A stretch of DNA of 64,000 nt from an uncultured Ignavibacteria bacterium (GTDB lineage: Bacteria > Bacteroidota > Ignavibacteria > SZUA-365). The translations under genes and the position numbers were made by a program. The notes below the pieces were generated by a model. The model was not told where the DNA came from and searched no databases. It saw nothing but the letters and a program-made list of their open reading frames with translations. Within the stretch, counting starts at the first letter, position 1. The number at the start of each line of letters is the position of its first letter. Positions 20,432-29,904 of this stretch are shown here, piece by piece. The DNA lies in assembly GCA_913061095.1 (NCBI GenBank), contig CAJXVM010000014.1, positions 16,072-80,071 of the forward strand, in the 5' to 3' direction.

Positions 20432-22309
20432 ATGGAAGAAGATCGAAAACCCGCCGCCCAGGAATTCGAATACAAGGCGGAGATGAAGCAGCTGCTTCAC
20501 CTGATCGTGCATTCGCTGTACACGCATCCCGAAGTGTTCATGCGCGAACTGATCTCGAACGCCTCGGACGCACTGAACAAGGTGCGCTTCATGCAGGTGA
20601 CCAACACCCCCGTCCATCAGCCGGATGCGGAGCTGCGCATCTCCATCGACATCAACGAGGAGAAGCATCGCATCGTTGTCGAGGACAGTGGTGTCGGCAT
20701 GACGCGCGACGACCTGATCGAGCGCATCGGCACGGTTGCCAGTTCCGGTACACTTGAGTTTCTCAGGGGCGTGAAGGAAGGAGAACAGAAGCTCGATGGC
20801 TCGCAGCTGATCGGACAGTTCGGCGTTGGATTCTACTCGGTGTTCATGGTCACCGACGAAGTCACCATCGAAACCCGCCACGCCGATCCCGATGCGAAAG
20901 GACTGCGATGGAAATCCCGCGGTGAAGGTACGTTCACGATCGAGGAGATCGAGAAGAAGGACCGCGGTACGCGCATCTACTTCAACCTGAAGGAGGATGT
21001 AAAGGACCTGGCAAGCGACTGGCACATCAAGGAAATCATCAAGAAGTATTCGAACTTCGTGGATTTTCCCATCTACGTCGGAAAGGACAAGGTCAACAGC
21101 GTCACCGCGCTCTGGCAGCGGAAGAAGGAAGAGATCAGCAAGGAGGAACTCGATGAGTTCTACAAGTTCGTGGCAAACGACTTCCGCGAACCGATGGATC
21201 ACCTGCATCTCCACATCGAGGGACGCGTGAATTTCAGTGCGCTGATTTTCGTGCCGTCCGAAGCACCGATGGGTTACTTCGATCCCCGCGAGGAGAAATC
21301 CCTCCACCTCTATGTCAACCGCGTGTTCATCCAGGATGACTGCAAGGAACTCGTGCCCGAATATCTGCGCTTCATCAAGGGTGTGGTCGATACCGAGGAT
21401 CTGCCGCTGAACGTGTCGCGTGAGGTGACACAGTCAAGTCCGGTCACCGCGAAAATGCGCGAGATTATCACCAACCGTATGCTCGGCATGCTCGAAGACT
21501 GGACCAAATCCGATCCCGACAGGTACACCGACTTTTTCCGGAAGTTCGGAAACTACCTCAAGCTCGGACTCACCACCGAGTTCAGCAACCGCGAGCGCCT
21601 CACCGAGCTTCTGCGCTTCGAGACCAGCAAGACCGAGCCGGGCAAGTACACTTCGCTGAAGGAATACGTCAGTGCCATGGACGAGGATCAGAAGGAGATT
21701 TACTATCTCACCGGTGAGAGCCGCAGCGTGGTGGAGAAAAATCCCAACCTCGAGTACTTCCGCAAGAACAACATCGAAGTGCTCTTCCTCACCGATCCGG
21801 TGGATCTGTTCACGGTGACGTCGCTGCCCGATTTCGATGGCAAGTCCATCGTCTCCATCGAGAAAGCCGACATCGACATCGTGAAGGATGCGAAGAAGGA
21901 CGAGAAGGAAGAGGAAGCGCTCAAGGGACGCGAGGCCAAGGACATTCTCGCGCGCTTCAAGGAGATTCTCGGCGATCGCGTCGAGGATGTCGTCGAATCG
22001 AAGCGCCTCGTTGACAGCGTCGCCACGCTGGTCGTCGGCAAGGAGGGGCTCGACCCGCAGATGGAGCGCATGATGAAGATGATGGACAAGAACTACAGCG
22101 GCGCCAAAAAGCTGCTGGAGGTCAATCTCGGTCATCCGCTCGTGCGCAATCTCGCGCGCATCAACGCGGCGAATCATGAAGATCCGACGCTGCACGAAGC
22201 CGTCGAGCAGATCTACGAGGGCGCCCTGCTGATCGAAGACAATCTCGAAAATCCGATGGATTTCGTCCGCCGCACGATGGAGTTCATGCAGCAGGCAACG
22301 CGCGAATAG
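20432..22309 (+). CDS. htpG: Molecular chaperone HtpG (Hsp90)
   Basis: 'EFEYKAEMKQLLHLIVHSLYTHPEVFMRELISNASDAL' and 'GQFGVGFYS'. 625 aa. AAGGAG RBS. Confidence 0.97.
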   Translation: MEEDRKPAAQEFEYKAEMKQLLHLIVHSLYTHPEVFMRELISNASDALNKVRFMQVTNTPVHQPDAELRISIDINEEKHRIVVEDSGVGMTRDDLIERIGTVASSGTLEFLRGVKEGEQKLDGSQLIGQFGVGFYSVFMVTDEVTIETRHADPDAKGLRWKSRGEGTFTIEEIEKKDRGTRIYFNLKEDVKDLASDWHIKEIIKKYSNFVDFPIYVGKDKVNSVTALWQRKKEEISKEELDEFYKFVANDFREPMDHLHLHIEGRVNFSALIFVPSEAPMGYFDPREEKSLHLYVNRVFIQDDCKELVPEYLRFIKGVVDTEDLPLNVSREVTQSSPVTAKMREIITNRMLGMLEDWTKSDPDRYTDFFRKFGNYLKLGLTTEFSNRERLTELLRFETSKTEPGKYTSLKEYVSAMDEDQKEIYYLTGESRSVVEKNPNLEYFRKNNIEVLFLTDPVDLFTVTSLPDFDGKSIVSIEKADIDIVKDAKKDEKEEEALKGREAKDILARFKEILGDRVEDVVESKRLVDSVATLVVGKEGLDPQMERMMKMMDKNYSGAKKLLEVNLGHPLVRNLARINAANHEDPTLHEAVEQIYEGALLIEDNLENPMDFVRRTMEFMQQATRE

Positions 22310-22365
22310 GCAGAGTTTCCAATTCCTGTGACCCGCGTCACTCCGCTTCTCTGTCTGCTTGCGGG

Positions 22366-22887
22366 GTGACGCGCTTTATGTATCCGTTCGGCCGTTCACT
22401 TGCGGATCTGCTGACATATCCGTACATATCCGGCATGCTTTTTCGTCTTGCCCTTCCATGCACACTGCTCGTGCTGCTGCTGATCATTTCAGCCACGTCG
22501 CTGCACGCACAGCATATTACCGATGCACGCAATGTGCGTGTCGCCACCATTCGATCCGACGGACGCGTGCTCACGCCGCAGAATGTCACGCTGGGATTTT
22601 TCAAGCCGGACGGACGCATCATCGATGCGCAGAACCGTCTGGTCGGACGGCTGGAGAAGGACGGCCGCGTGCATAACGCGCATAACATGTTCCTCGGACG
22701 CATCGATGAAGACGGGAAGGTATGGTCTGCCCGCAACGTGCTGCTCGGCAGTGTGGATGATGACGGCCGCGTGCGCAGTGCACGGAATATCCTGCTTGCA
22801 AAAGGTCCCGGTATTGATACCCGGCTCCTGGCGGTGTTCCTGTTCTTCGGGATGTGGGATTCCGGGTTTGAAACAGAAAACAGGTGA
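22366..22887 (+). CDS. Small secreted/membrane-anchored protein made of ~16-17-aa tandem repeats (D-G-R-V-x-x-A-x-N-x-x-L-G)
   Basis: Signal-like 'MLFRLALPCTLLVLLLIISATSLHAQ' (alternative start 22435). Six repeats occur, e.g. 'EKDGRVHNAHNMFLGRI', 'DEDGKVWSARNVLLGSV' and 'DDDGRVRSARNILLAKG'. The stop overlaps GTG 22884 of the next ORF. Confidence 0.5.
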   Translation: MTRFMYPFGRSLADLLTYPYISGMLFRLALPCTLLVLLLIISATSLHAQHITDARNVRVATIRSDGRVLTPQNVTLGFFKPDGRIIDAQNRLVGRLEKDGRVHNAHNMFLGRIDEDGKVWSARNVLLGSVDDDGRVRSARNILLAKGPGIDTRLLAVFLFFGMWDSGFETENR

Positions 22888-22943
22888 ACCCGGCCGGAAG
22901 CATCAGCGCGACGGTCACAACATACAACAGCTCGGAGTTCAGC

Positions 22944-23813
22944 ATGTCGAAAGCAGCAGAGAGAACGGGTGCGGGACCAATGTTTGCAGTTGCGGTGGAG
23001 CAGTATTTCCCACGGGAGAAACGTCTCATCGAAGACGACCTTGCCGCATCGGTCATTCCGCCACCGGTTCGATACCTTCTGCCACTGATGCGCCCGCCCT
23101 TCATGCGCAACCGGGTGGTCCGCGAACTGGAGGCCTCTTCACCGGGGCTGTGGGCCGGAGTCATGTGCCGGAAGCGCTACATCGACGACTGCCTTGCGGA
23201 GACTGTCGCTGAAGTCGAAGGTGTCATCAACCACGGCTGTGGATTCGATACACGCGCATATCGTCTTCCCGCATTGCGCGGGAAACCGGTCTGGGAGATC
23301 GATCAGCCTCAGAATATCAAATCGAAGCGCGCTGCACTGCAGCGGCGGATGGGAGCCCTGCCCGGCAACGTGCACCTGGTTCCGATTGATTTCGACAGGC
23401 AGGATGCCGCGGACGCACTCACGGAGCACGACTGCTCACTTTCGGCGCGGAACATCCATGTCGCGGAAGCGATCCTGCAGTATCTCACACCGCAGGGTGT
23501 GACCTCCCTTTTCGATGTTCTTTCCCGCACCGCCCCCGGCAGCCGGCTCATATATACGTATGTCGTGAAGGATTTTATTGACGGTACGCGGCGTTACGAC
23601 CATCAGAGGCTCTATGAAGAATGGATCGTGAAAAAGAAGGCCTGGCTGTTCGGATTGCACCCTTCCGAAGTCGGGGAATTCCTGGCATCCCACGGATGGG
23701 AGCTGATCGAGGATGTCGGCTATGACGAGCTGGCCGATCGTTACATTGTCCCGACAGGACGAAATCTCGCATCCATGCCGATCGAGCGCATGGTGCACGC
23801 GATAAAAGTCTGA
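22944..23813 (+). CDS. Class I SAM-dependent methyltransferase (TIGR00027 / leucine carboxyl methyltransferase-like)
   Basis: 'RYIDDCL...VINHGCGFDTRAYRL...WEIDQP...VAEAILQYL' matches the family layout. The start could also be GTG 22884. Confidence 0.7.
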   Translation: MSKAAERTGAGPMFAVAVEQYFPREKRLIEDDLAASVIPPPVRYLLPLMRPPFMRNRVVRELEASSPGLWAGVMCRKRYIDDCLAETVAEVEGVINHGCGFDTRAYRLPALRGKPVWEIDQPQNIKSKRAALQRRMGALPGNVHLVPIDFDRQDAADALTEHDCSLSARNIHVAEAILQYLTPQGVTSLFDVLSRTAPGSRLIYTYVVKDFIDGTRRYDHQRLYEEWIVKKKAWLFGLHPSEVGEFLASHGWELIEDVGYDELADRYIVPTGRNLASMPIERMVHAIKV

Positions 23814-23895
23814 TGCTGCACGGTCATCCGCACCGCGCGGAGAGTGCCGAAGCGTACTGGCTGAGTGAGACCATCGGAGAAAGTCCTCCTCCCGG

Positions 23896-25344
23896 TCAGT
23901 GCACGACGGTCAGATTCCGCGTCTGGACGGTGCTGCCGTTTCGGAGCATCAGGAGGTACGATCCTGCTGGCAGCCTTGAACCATCCAGCCGGAACGTCCT
24001 GCGTCCTGCCGGCAGCCATCCGTCATGCAGTGTCAGACGGCATCGCCCGAGCAAGTCATGGATGCGCAGCTGCAGCACCTGCTCCGTTTCGTTTTCCACC
24101 GTTATCCGCGCCGTTGTGGAAAGGGGATTCGGGGATGCGGATGCGATGCGAAAGCTGCGCGGCGGCTGACCACGCCGCACCGCCATGATTTCCTCCGCGG
24201 GGCGGATATACAGGCGGTCTCTCGTGGCGACGGCGATAGTGTTTCCGACACTGCGAATCAGCTCCACGTCATATTGCAGGGAATCGGGGACGGCGAGGTC
24301 GTTCTCCCATGTTCCATCCTGCAGACGGCGAACGACAGGATTTGCTTTGTTGTATCGAGCGAAGAGCATCCCATCGCCCGTTTCCACCAGATCCCGGAGA
24401 TATCCGAGCTGTATGCGGCGATTGATTTCATAGGACCAGCTTTCTCCCATGTCCGTGCTTCTGTAAAGAACATGTCCCGTTGGAATGAGAAGCGCACCAT
24501 CGGATGTGGCCAGGAATTGACGAATCCTGTTTCGTCCGAGAGGTGTCCGTATGGATAACCAGTGGTTCCCGCCATTCCTGCTGTAGACGAGTCCCCGTTC
24601 GTAGCTCACGAGCGGATCACCATTGTTCAGGAGATGCAGATCAAAATACAGACTGCCCTCGAACGGGGTGACGCATGTCCATGTTCGTCCGGTATCCACT
24701 GAGTAAAAAATTTCACCGTCGGCGAGTGCGAGTGCGTATTTTCCTCTGGAAGCAACGCGGTGCACCTCATCGCCGAGGCGGTGCTCCTTCTTCCAGGACG
24801 CTCCGCCATCATCACTTGTGAGAAGCTGATAATTACTGGTTACGGCAAACAGCGATGTCCGTGTGTCCCCGGCAATCTGGTGAATACTTTTCTCCGCATG
24901 GGCGGGAGGCAGAATGTTGTGCCAGGTGCTGCCTTTGTCCCTGCTCAGCAGCAGAACGCCATCGCCATCACGGCAGTAGAGTTCGCCGGACACTGTACCG
25001 TGGAGCAGTTCGAATCGGTATTTCGTTTTTGCACGGTATACCTCCCGTATCTGCCTGGACCGGTCAATATGGCCGACGGAGAAATGATGCCTTGACACAA
25101 TGTCGTTTTCATGCGGACCGTTCACGAGGCGATACTCGAGTGCGTATTCGCCTTCTTCTGCATTCGCGGGTGCGGTGACGACGAACATGGGGTTCTCGCT
25201 CAGGATCGTATCCAGCGCGCAGATGTATTCTTCACCGGTGAGGGTGTTTCGCACCTGAACCGTCCCGGGGATAATTCTGATGCTCGTTCCCTGGCGGCGA
25301 CGGACATAAGCAATGAACGGATAATGTTCCCCGGGAGCGAGCAC
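23896..25344 (-). CDS. BNR/Asp-box beta-propeller protein with T9SS C-terminal sorting domain; no signal peptide, probably the 3' part of a gene interrupted at 25375-25377
   Basis: Asp-boxes 'SRDKGSTW', 'SDDGGASW', 'SVDTGRTW', 'STDMGESW'. The C-terminal ~80 aa ('SPNPL...LRIHDLLGR...LPAGSYLLML...') are T9SS CTD-like. The GTG start has no RBS and is in frame with 25375-26361. Confidence 0.6.
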   Translation of the reverse strand: MLAPGEHYPFIAYVRRRQGTSIRIIPGTVQVRNTLTGEEYICALDTILSENPMFVVTAPANAEEGEYALEYRLVNGPHENDIVSRHHFSVGHIDRSRQIREVYRAKTKYRFELLHGTVSGELYCRDGDGVLLLSRDKGSTWHNILPPAHAEKSIHQIAGDTRTSLFAVTSNYQLLTSDDGGASWKKEHRLGDEVHRVASRGKYALALADGEIFYSVDTGRTWTCVTPFEGSLYFDLHLLNNGDPLVSYERGLVYSRNGGNHWLSIRTPLGRNRIRQFLATSDGALLIPTGHVLYRSTDMGESWSYEINRRIQLGYLRDLVETGDGMLFARYNKANPVVRRLQDGTWENDLAVPDSLQYDVELIRSVGNTIAVATRDRLYIRPAEEIMAVRRGQPPRSFRIASASPNPLSTTARITVENETEQVLQLRIHDLLGRCRLTLHDGWLPAGRRTFRLDGSRLPAGSYLLMLRNGSTVQTRNLTVVH

Positions 25345-25374
25345 CGGATGATGGTCACTGTCCTGGGGATAGAC

Positions 25375-26361
25375 TTAGTCCGTCGCTTCCTCTGGATACG
25401 GTTTCACGAATGTGCGGAATATCCCGCCGAGCGAATCGCCGATGAGGAGATGGCCATCCATCAGACAGTAGAGCGAATGAGGTGGGGTGATGAGATTATA
25501 GTTCAGACCGTGTTGAAATCCGTGACCGCGCCACATCCCGATGGAGACTGATTTTGCGCCAAATATCAGAGAGTCATCAGTGACAGCAATATCCTGCAAT
25601 CTGCCCTTTGGTCCGGAGCAGCTTCCGTCCTCAAAAAGCTCCCAGTGATTGCCTGCATCGCTGCTGTGATACATGGCGAGATTGGAGGTCGAGGCCAGAA
25701 TTCCTCCGCATGGGCACGTCTCCAGATCGGTGATCAGGCCGCTCAACGGACACGCCTCCGGTCCTCTCCAGGTTTTGCCCCCATCGTGTGAAAGGACAAT
25801 GCCCTCGCCATTGCTGCCGACGACAAGAACCGAATCGGCTGCGAACATCATGTCGATGCAGAAAATGCAGGGGGCGGTTCCGATCGAGTCCCATTGCTGT
25901 GTGTCGTGATGGCGGGATGCGATCTCTCCTGACTCCGAAATTGTCAGCGTGCCATATGCGTTGCTGGTGAACGCCGTGACCGCGGAATTGCCGGAGAAGC
26001 GGTACTGTTGCGTCCATGTGCTGCCGGCGTCCGTAGATGCGAGCACCGCTCCGTCGCGGCAGCCGGCGAGCAGTTCGCCACCGGATTCCTGCAGTGAACA
26101 GATCGCCTGTTCTTCGGAGACGGCGCGGAGCAGGGACCAGCTGCGGCCCGTGTCGGCGCTGCGGAACAGCTGTCCCGAGCCGGTCGCGGCGAATACGGTG
26201 TCACCGCGGCCGATGGATTCAAAGGTGAGAACGGGTCCACGCGAACCGAGGCCGCGCGACACCTCTTCAATCTGTGCGTGCATGTGCTGGCAGCAAAGCA
26301 CCGCACAGAGAGCGGCGCTGAACAATACCGTGCGGTGCAGAAAATGATGGCGGATATTCAT
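25375..26361 (-). CDS. Secreted BNR/Asp-box beta-propeller protein (Ycf48/sortilin-like); probably the 5' part of a longer gene
   Basis: Signal peptide 'LFSAALCAVLCCQHMHAQ'. Asp-boxes 'SADTGRSW', 'STDAGSTW', 'SHDGGKTW', 'SSDAGNHW'. Ends at the TAA 25375-25377, in frame with the next ORF. Confidence 0.6.
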   Translation of the reverse strand: MNIRHHFLHRTVLFSAALCAVLCCQHMHAQIEEVSRGLGSRGPVLTFESIGRGDTVFAATGSGQLFRSADTGRSWSLLRAVSEEQAICSLQESGGELLAGCRDGAVLASTDAGSTWTQQYRFSGNSAVTAFTSNAYGTLTISESGEIASRHHDTQQWDSIGTAPCIFCIDMMFAADSVLVVGSNGEGIVLSHDGGKTWRGPEACPLSGLITDLETCPCGGILASTSNLAMYHSSDAGNHWELFEDGSCSGPKGRLQDIAVTDDSLIFGAKSVSIGMWRGHGFQHGLNYNLITPPHSLYCLMDGHLLIGDSLGGIFRTFVKPYPEEATD

Positions 26362-26514
26362 GGCAGGTCTCCCGAGTATCAGATATTGAACGAGTATTTC
26401 CCTCTTGATGAAATGACACGACAGTGTGGAATATGTTTCATTTGCGGAGTAGGATCATATCGGGTTGGATGCATGCCAGTGCGCTCTGATAGAGGGCGCG
26501 AAGCGAAGCCACAT

Positions 26515-26543
26515 AAAAACGCCCCCGGGACAAGAGGGGGCGT
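26515..26543 (-). terminator. Intrinsic terminator after the vWA/T9SS gene
   Basis: On the minus strand: 'acgccccc tcttgtccc gggggcg ttttt'. Confidence 0.7.
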
Positions 26544-26570
26544 TGCTCATCAGTAGAATGAATGCGGCGC

Positions 26571-27788
26571 TCAGCGGAGCAGCATCACTCTCGTGTCTAC
26601 CGCGCCCGCGCTGCTGAGGCGGCAGAGGTACATGCCGGACGGGAGTGCGTCAGCTGTGAACTGCGCGGTGTAGCTTCCGGGGGAGCGCATGCCGTCGACG
26701 AGCGTGGCCACTCGCCGTCCGAGCAGATCGAACACTTCGAGTGTCACATGCCGCGGAGTGCTGCCCGAAAGAGTGTAGGGAATGACTGTGCCGGATCCGC
26801 CGGAAAAGGGATTGGGGACATTCTGTCCGAGATGAATGTCTGACGGAAGCGCGCGCCGCACGGCGGCAACCGACGTGACGGTTGTGGCTTTCTCCGTATG
26901 CATATCGCTTGCCCGGCTGCCACAGATATCCACCGTGATACCGATCGTGTGCACGTCCGCATTCGGATCAGGACTGGTGTACGCGATCGTGTGCTCGTCG
27001 AAACCGCGCTGCATGAAGGTTGCAATGGTCGTGAAAATCGTCTGCAGATCGTAGGCGTTCGGAGTTTCGAAATAGAGAGCTCCCGTTGCCGAGGCGATGG
27101 TCTGCAGTTCGGTGCGCTGAATCCCCGATCCCAGTCCGATGCAGAACACCCGCAGGTTGAGCTGCTGTGCGAGCTGAATCACATCATACGGCAGATTCGT
27201 GCTGCTGTTGTCCGCGCCGTCAGTGAGCAGCACCACGGCACGTTTTGAATTCACTCCGTTTGCGGCAAGTTCCTGTAGTCCCTTTATCGCCGCATCCCAC
27301 ACGGCAGTCGCTCCGGCTGCGGGCAGGGCGTCGATCGCACTGTGAAGCAGGGGTTTCAATGTCGTCATCTGCTGCTGCACATTGACCTGCGTGTTGAACC
27401 AGAGAACCGCGGCCTCGTCGACCGTTCCGTCCATCAGATCAACAAAGGCCCTGCCGGCGGCTTTTGCGCCTGCATTGCCCGTCCCCATCATGCTGCCGCT
27501 GGCATCGAAGACGAGTGCCGCGGAAATGGGATTCTGAGCGGTGGGAGAGGCCTGTTCGATGATGGAAAATTCCTCGACGGGGAGTCCGTTGTCGGTCAGG
27601 GAAAACTGATTCTCGGCAAGGCTGTACTGTACGACGCTGTCACAGCGAATAAACAATGTCAGCTGCGATTGGGACTGGCCCTGTACCGCACTGATCGTTG
27701 TGATGCGCGCCTCGGGCTGGGCGGCAAGACACACGGGAAGGAGCATTACTGCAAAAATGATAAGTGACATTCGTCTCGGTGTTCGCAT
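26571..27788 (-). CDS. von Willebrand factor A domain protein with T9SS C-terminal sorting domain
   Basis: Signal peptide. MIDAS 'LVFDASGSM' with downstream 'GATAVWDA' and 'LLTDGADNSS'. C-terminal 'VPNPFSG...LEVFDLLGRRVATL...LPSGMYLCRL'. AGGAGG RBS. Confidence 0.8.
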   Translation of the reverse strand: MRTPRRMSLIIFAVMLLPVCLAAQPEARITTISAVQGQSQSQLTLFIRCDSVVQYSLAENQFSLTDNGLPVEEFSIIEQASPTAQNPISAALVFDASGSMMGTGNAGAKAAGRAFVDLMDGTVDEAAVLWFNTQVNVQQQMTTLKPLLHSAIDALPAAGATAVWDAAIKGLQELAANGVNSKRAVVLLTDGADNSSTNLPYDVIQLAQQLNLRVFCIGLGSGIQRTELQTIASATGALYFETPNAYDLQTIFTTIATFMQRGFDEHTIAYTSPDPNADVHTIGITVDICGSRASDMHTEKATTVTSVAAVRRALPSDIHLGQNVPNPFSGGSGTVIPYTLSGSTPRHVTLEVFDLLGRRVATLVDGMRSPGSYTAQFTADALPSGMYLCRLSSAGAVDTRVMLLR

Positions 27789-27870
27789 GTGATGAACCTC
27801 CTTTCAGGGTACGAATCCTGCCATGTGTCTGCGATGAATATGATGCAATACGGTCGCTTTCAGCCCGCGG

Positions 27871-28647
27871 TTACGGGGCCCGCAGGATTTCGGCGATCTC
27901 CCGGTATATGCCGGTGAGCTCGGAGAGCAGGGGACGCAGATAATGCTTCCCGCCGGTCTGCTGCGCGATGTTCTGCAGAATGCTGGTATGCGCGGTTTCC
28001 CGCAGTGAAATGGTATAGACGGCGATGTCGCTGCGCAGGGCGAGATCGATAATGGACTGCGGCGATCCGAGTTCGCTGCTGTTGTCATCGCTGTCGGTAA
28101 TGGCGATCACCGCGCGCCGCGCATGTGTGCCGCGGGACTGCACCTCCAGCATCGCGAGATAGATGCCGTCCCATACCGCCGTAGCGCCCGCCGTCATCGG
28201 CACGCCGCGTACGGCAGTGCGCAGCGCGGCCGTGTCCGAAGTCATGCGCTGTGACACGGTGCCGGAGGAGGTGAAAAACACGACCGCTCCCTGGTCGGAT
28301 GTTCCGTCGAGCGAGTCGAGAAACGCCTGTCCTGCGCGTTTGAAATATTCGTTGAGCAGTGCGGTGATGGTGCCGCTGGCGTCGAAGACCAGCGCGGCGG
28401 AAAAATGTGCCGGCGTCCATGCCGTGTCCGTGCCCGTCGTATCACCGACGAGGTTGACCGACACCGCCGTGCCGATATCCTCACTGGGGAGGACGGACAC
28501 GCCGTCGGAATAGCGGTTGCGCGGCGTCTCCGCCTCGAGGGGGGAGTCGCAGGCCGGCATCCAGGCAATGGCGGGAAGGATCAGAGCGAGGAGCAGCGAT
28601 GCGGGAAGCACGCTTCCCGCGGGATTATGCCGCCGCCTAAAATTCAT
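27871..28647 (-). CDS. vWA domain lipoprotein (paralog of 26571-27788, altered MIDAS)
   Basis: Lipobox-like 'AIAWMPAC'. 'LVFDASGTI' (DxSxT), 'GATAVWDG', 'AITDSDDNSS'. 11-nt overlap with the upstream anti-sigma gene. Confidence 0.7.
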   Translation of the reverse strand: MNFRRRHNPAGSVLPASLLLALILPAIAWMPACDSPLEAETPRNRYSDGVSVLPSEDIGTAVSVNLVGDTTGTDTAWTPAHFSAALVFDASGTITALLNEYFKRAGQAFLDSLDGTSDQGAVVFFTSSGTVSQRMTSDTAALRTAVRGVPMTAGATAVWDGIYLAMLEVQSRGTHARRAVIAITDSDDNSSELGSPQSIIDLALRSDIAVYTISLRETAHTSILQNIAQQTGGKHYLRPLLSELTGIYREIAEILRAP

Positions 28648-29878
28648 ACGAAACGCCGTAGGTCAGACCGATCTTGTTTGTGTCGAACCAGCTGCCCTGG
28701 AATCGGTACAGCAGCATCGTGCCTTCGACGCCCGCGACGACGGCGATGCGCTCGAAGGGACGCAGCTTGATGCCGAGCGTGGCGCGCGCGAGCGGACCGA
28801 GCCAGTACATGCCGCCGCTTGCCGCCTGTCCGAACGCGCCGCCGGCCTGTGCCTGGACAAAGGGGTGGACGTGCGGGAGCAGTGCATCTCCGTTGAACTG
28901 GTATACCGCCGTCGCCCAGTATGCCATCGGATTCTGCTCGTACCGCACGCTCCTACCACCTTCAAGGCCGCTGAATGTCTGGGGGAAGGCCTCCTGCCCG
29001 CCCTCGATGCCGATCGCATGATGATCGGAGAGCGCGTACAGGGCGCCGATATTCATGTTGTGGAACCACGGTTCAGACTGCGACACCACCGCCGGTGCGG
29101 GATCCGAACGCAGTGCGACATTGCGCGCGTACAGCGTCACGCCGTCCGGCGGAGATACCAGGTTGAAAAACTGCACGTCGCCGGCACGGATGCGCTCGGG
29201 TTCGGGAGCCGGCGTTTCAAGCGGCGTGAGAGCCGCGATGGGACGCGTGCCGGGTTCACGTGCATCGAGGATGCGCATATCGCGCGAGGGGGATGCCTGC
29301 TCCTGCACTTCCGCCGCGGCAGCCGCTGCGCGGTTCGCCGGGATGGCAGCTGCGGGGGCTGCCACGGGCAGGTCGCCCAGTGCCGGCGTTTCCTGTATTT
29401 CCAGGGTTGTGGGCGGAACGGAGACCACGCGCTGTGCCGTGCCGGACAGGTCCGGGGTTATGGCGGGAAACTGCATGGAGAGGAACAGCGCCGCGAGGAT
29501 GGCGAGTACGGCCGCCGCAGCCGACAGGGTGATCTGCCGCAGCGAGCCGCTGCCGGCGCCTGCCGCGGCACCGCCGCCGGCTGCACCGAAATTCCCTGCC
29601 GCACCCATGGCGCCTGCGGGAGCCGCCTCCGCCGCCAGGGGCGGAAGACTGAAGCCCAGCGCCGCGAACACCGCCGAGGTCGCCGATGCGGGTGGAGTAA
29701 AGGCCTCGTTGTCATGCTGGATGGCCTTCCTCATGGCGAGATGCTGCTGCATTTCCGCACGGAGTGCGCTGTCGGAGGACAGCTTCTCGAACAGCAGTTC
29801 CTCGTTCGCGCTGTCCAGCTCCCCGTCGAGGAAGGCATGGAGCATGCGCTCGTCCATATAATCCTGATGCGTACTCAT
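28637..29878 (-). CDS. Anti-sigma factor-like membrane protein with porin-like C-terminal domain
   Basis: Lies 26 nt downstream of the ECF sigma gene. N-terminal 'MLHAFLDGELDSANEELLFEKL' is anti-sigma-like. Hydrophobic span 'LSAAAAVLAILAALFLSMQF'. The C-terminus has alternating hydrophobicity and ends 'GLTYGVSYEF'. Confidence 0.6.
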   Translation of the reverse strand: MSTHQDYMDERMLHAFLDGELDSANEELLFEKLSSDSALRAEMQQHLAMRKAIQHDNEAFTPPASATSAVFAALGFSLPPLAAEAAPAGAMGAAGNFGAAGGGAAAGAGSGSLRQITLSAAAAVLAILAALFLSMQFPAITPDLSGTAQRVVSVPPTTLEIQETPALGDLPVAAPAAAIPANRAAAAAAEVQEQASPSRDMRILDAREPGTRPIAALTPLETPAPEPERIRAGDVQFFNLVSPPDGVTLYARNVALRSDPAPAVVSQSEPWFHNMNIGALYALSDHHAIGIEGGQEAFPQTFSGLEGGRSVRYEQNPMAYWATAVYQFNGDALLPHVHPFVQAQAGGAFGQAASGGMYWLGPLARATLGIKLRPFERIAVVAGVEGTMLLYRFQGSWFDTNKIGLTYGVSYEF

Positions 29879-29904
29879 GATATGATCTTCGTCTGAACCG
29901 TATG

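Noticed and set aside
25375-25377. Genome-wide TAA reassignment as an explanation for the in-frame stop
   Set aside because: Other well-supported genes in the window terminate normally at TAA, for example the S46 fragment at 487-489 and the CocE-like gene at 32350-32352.
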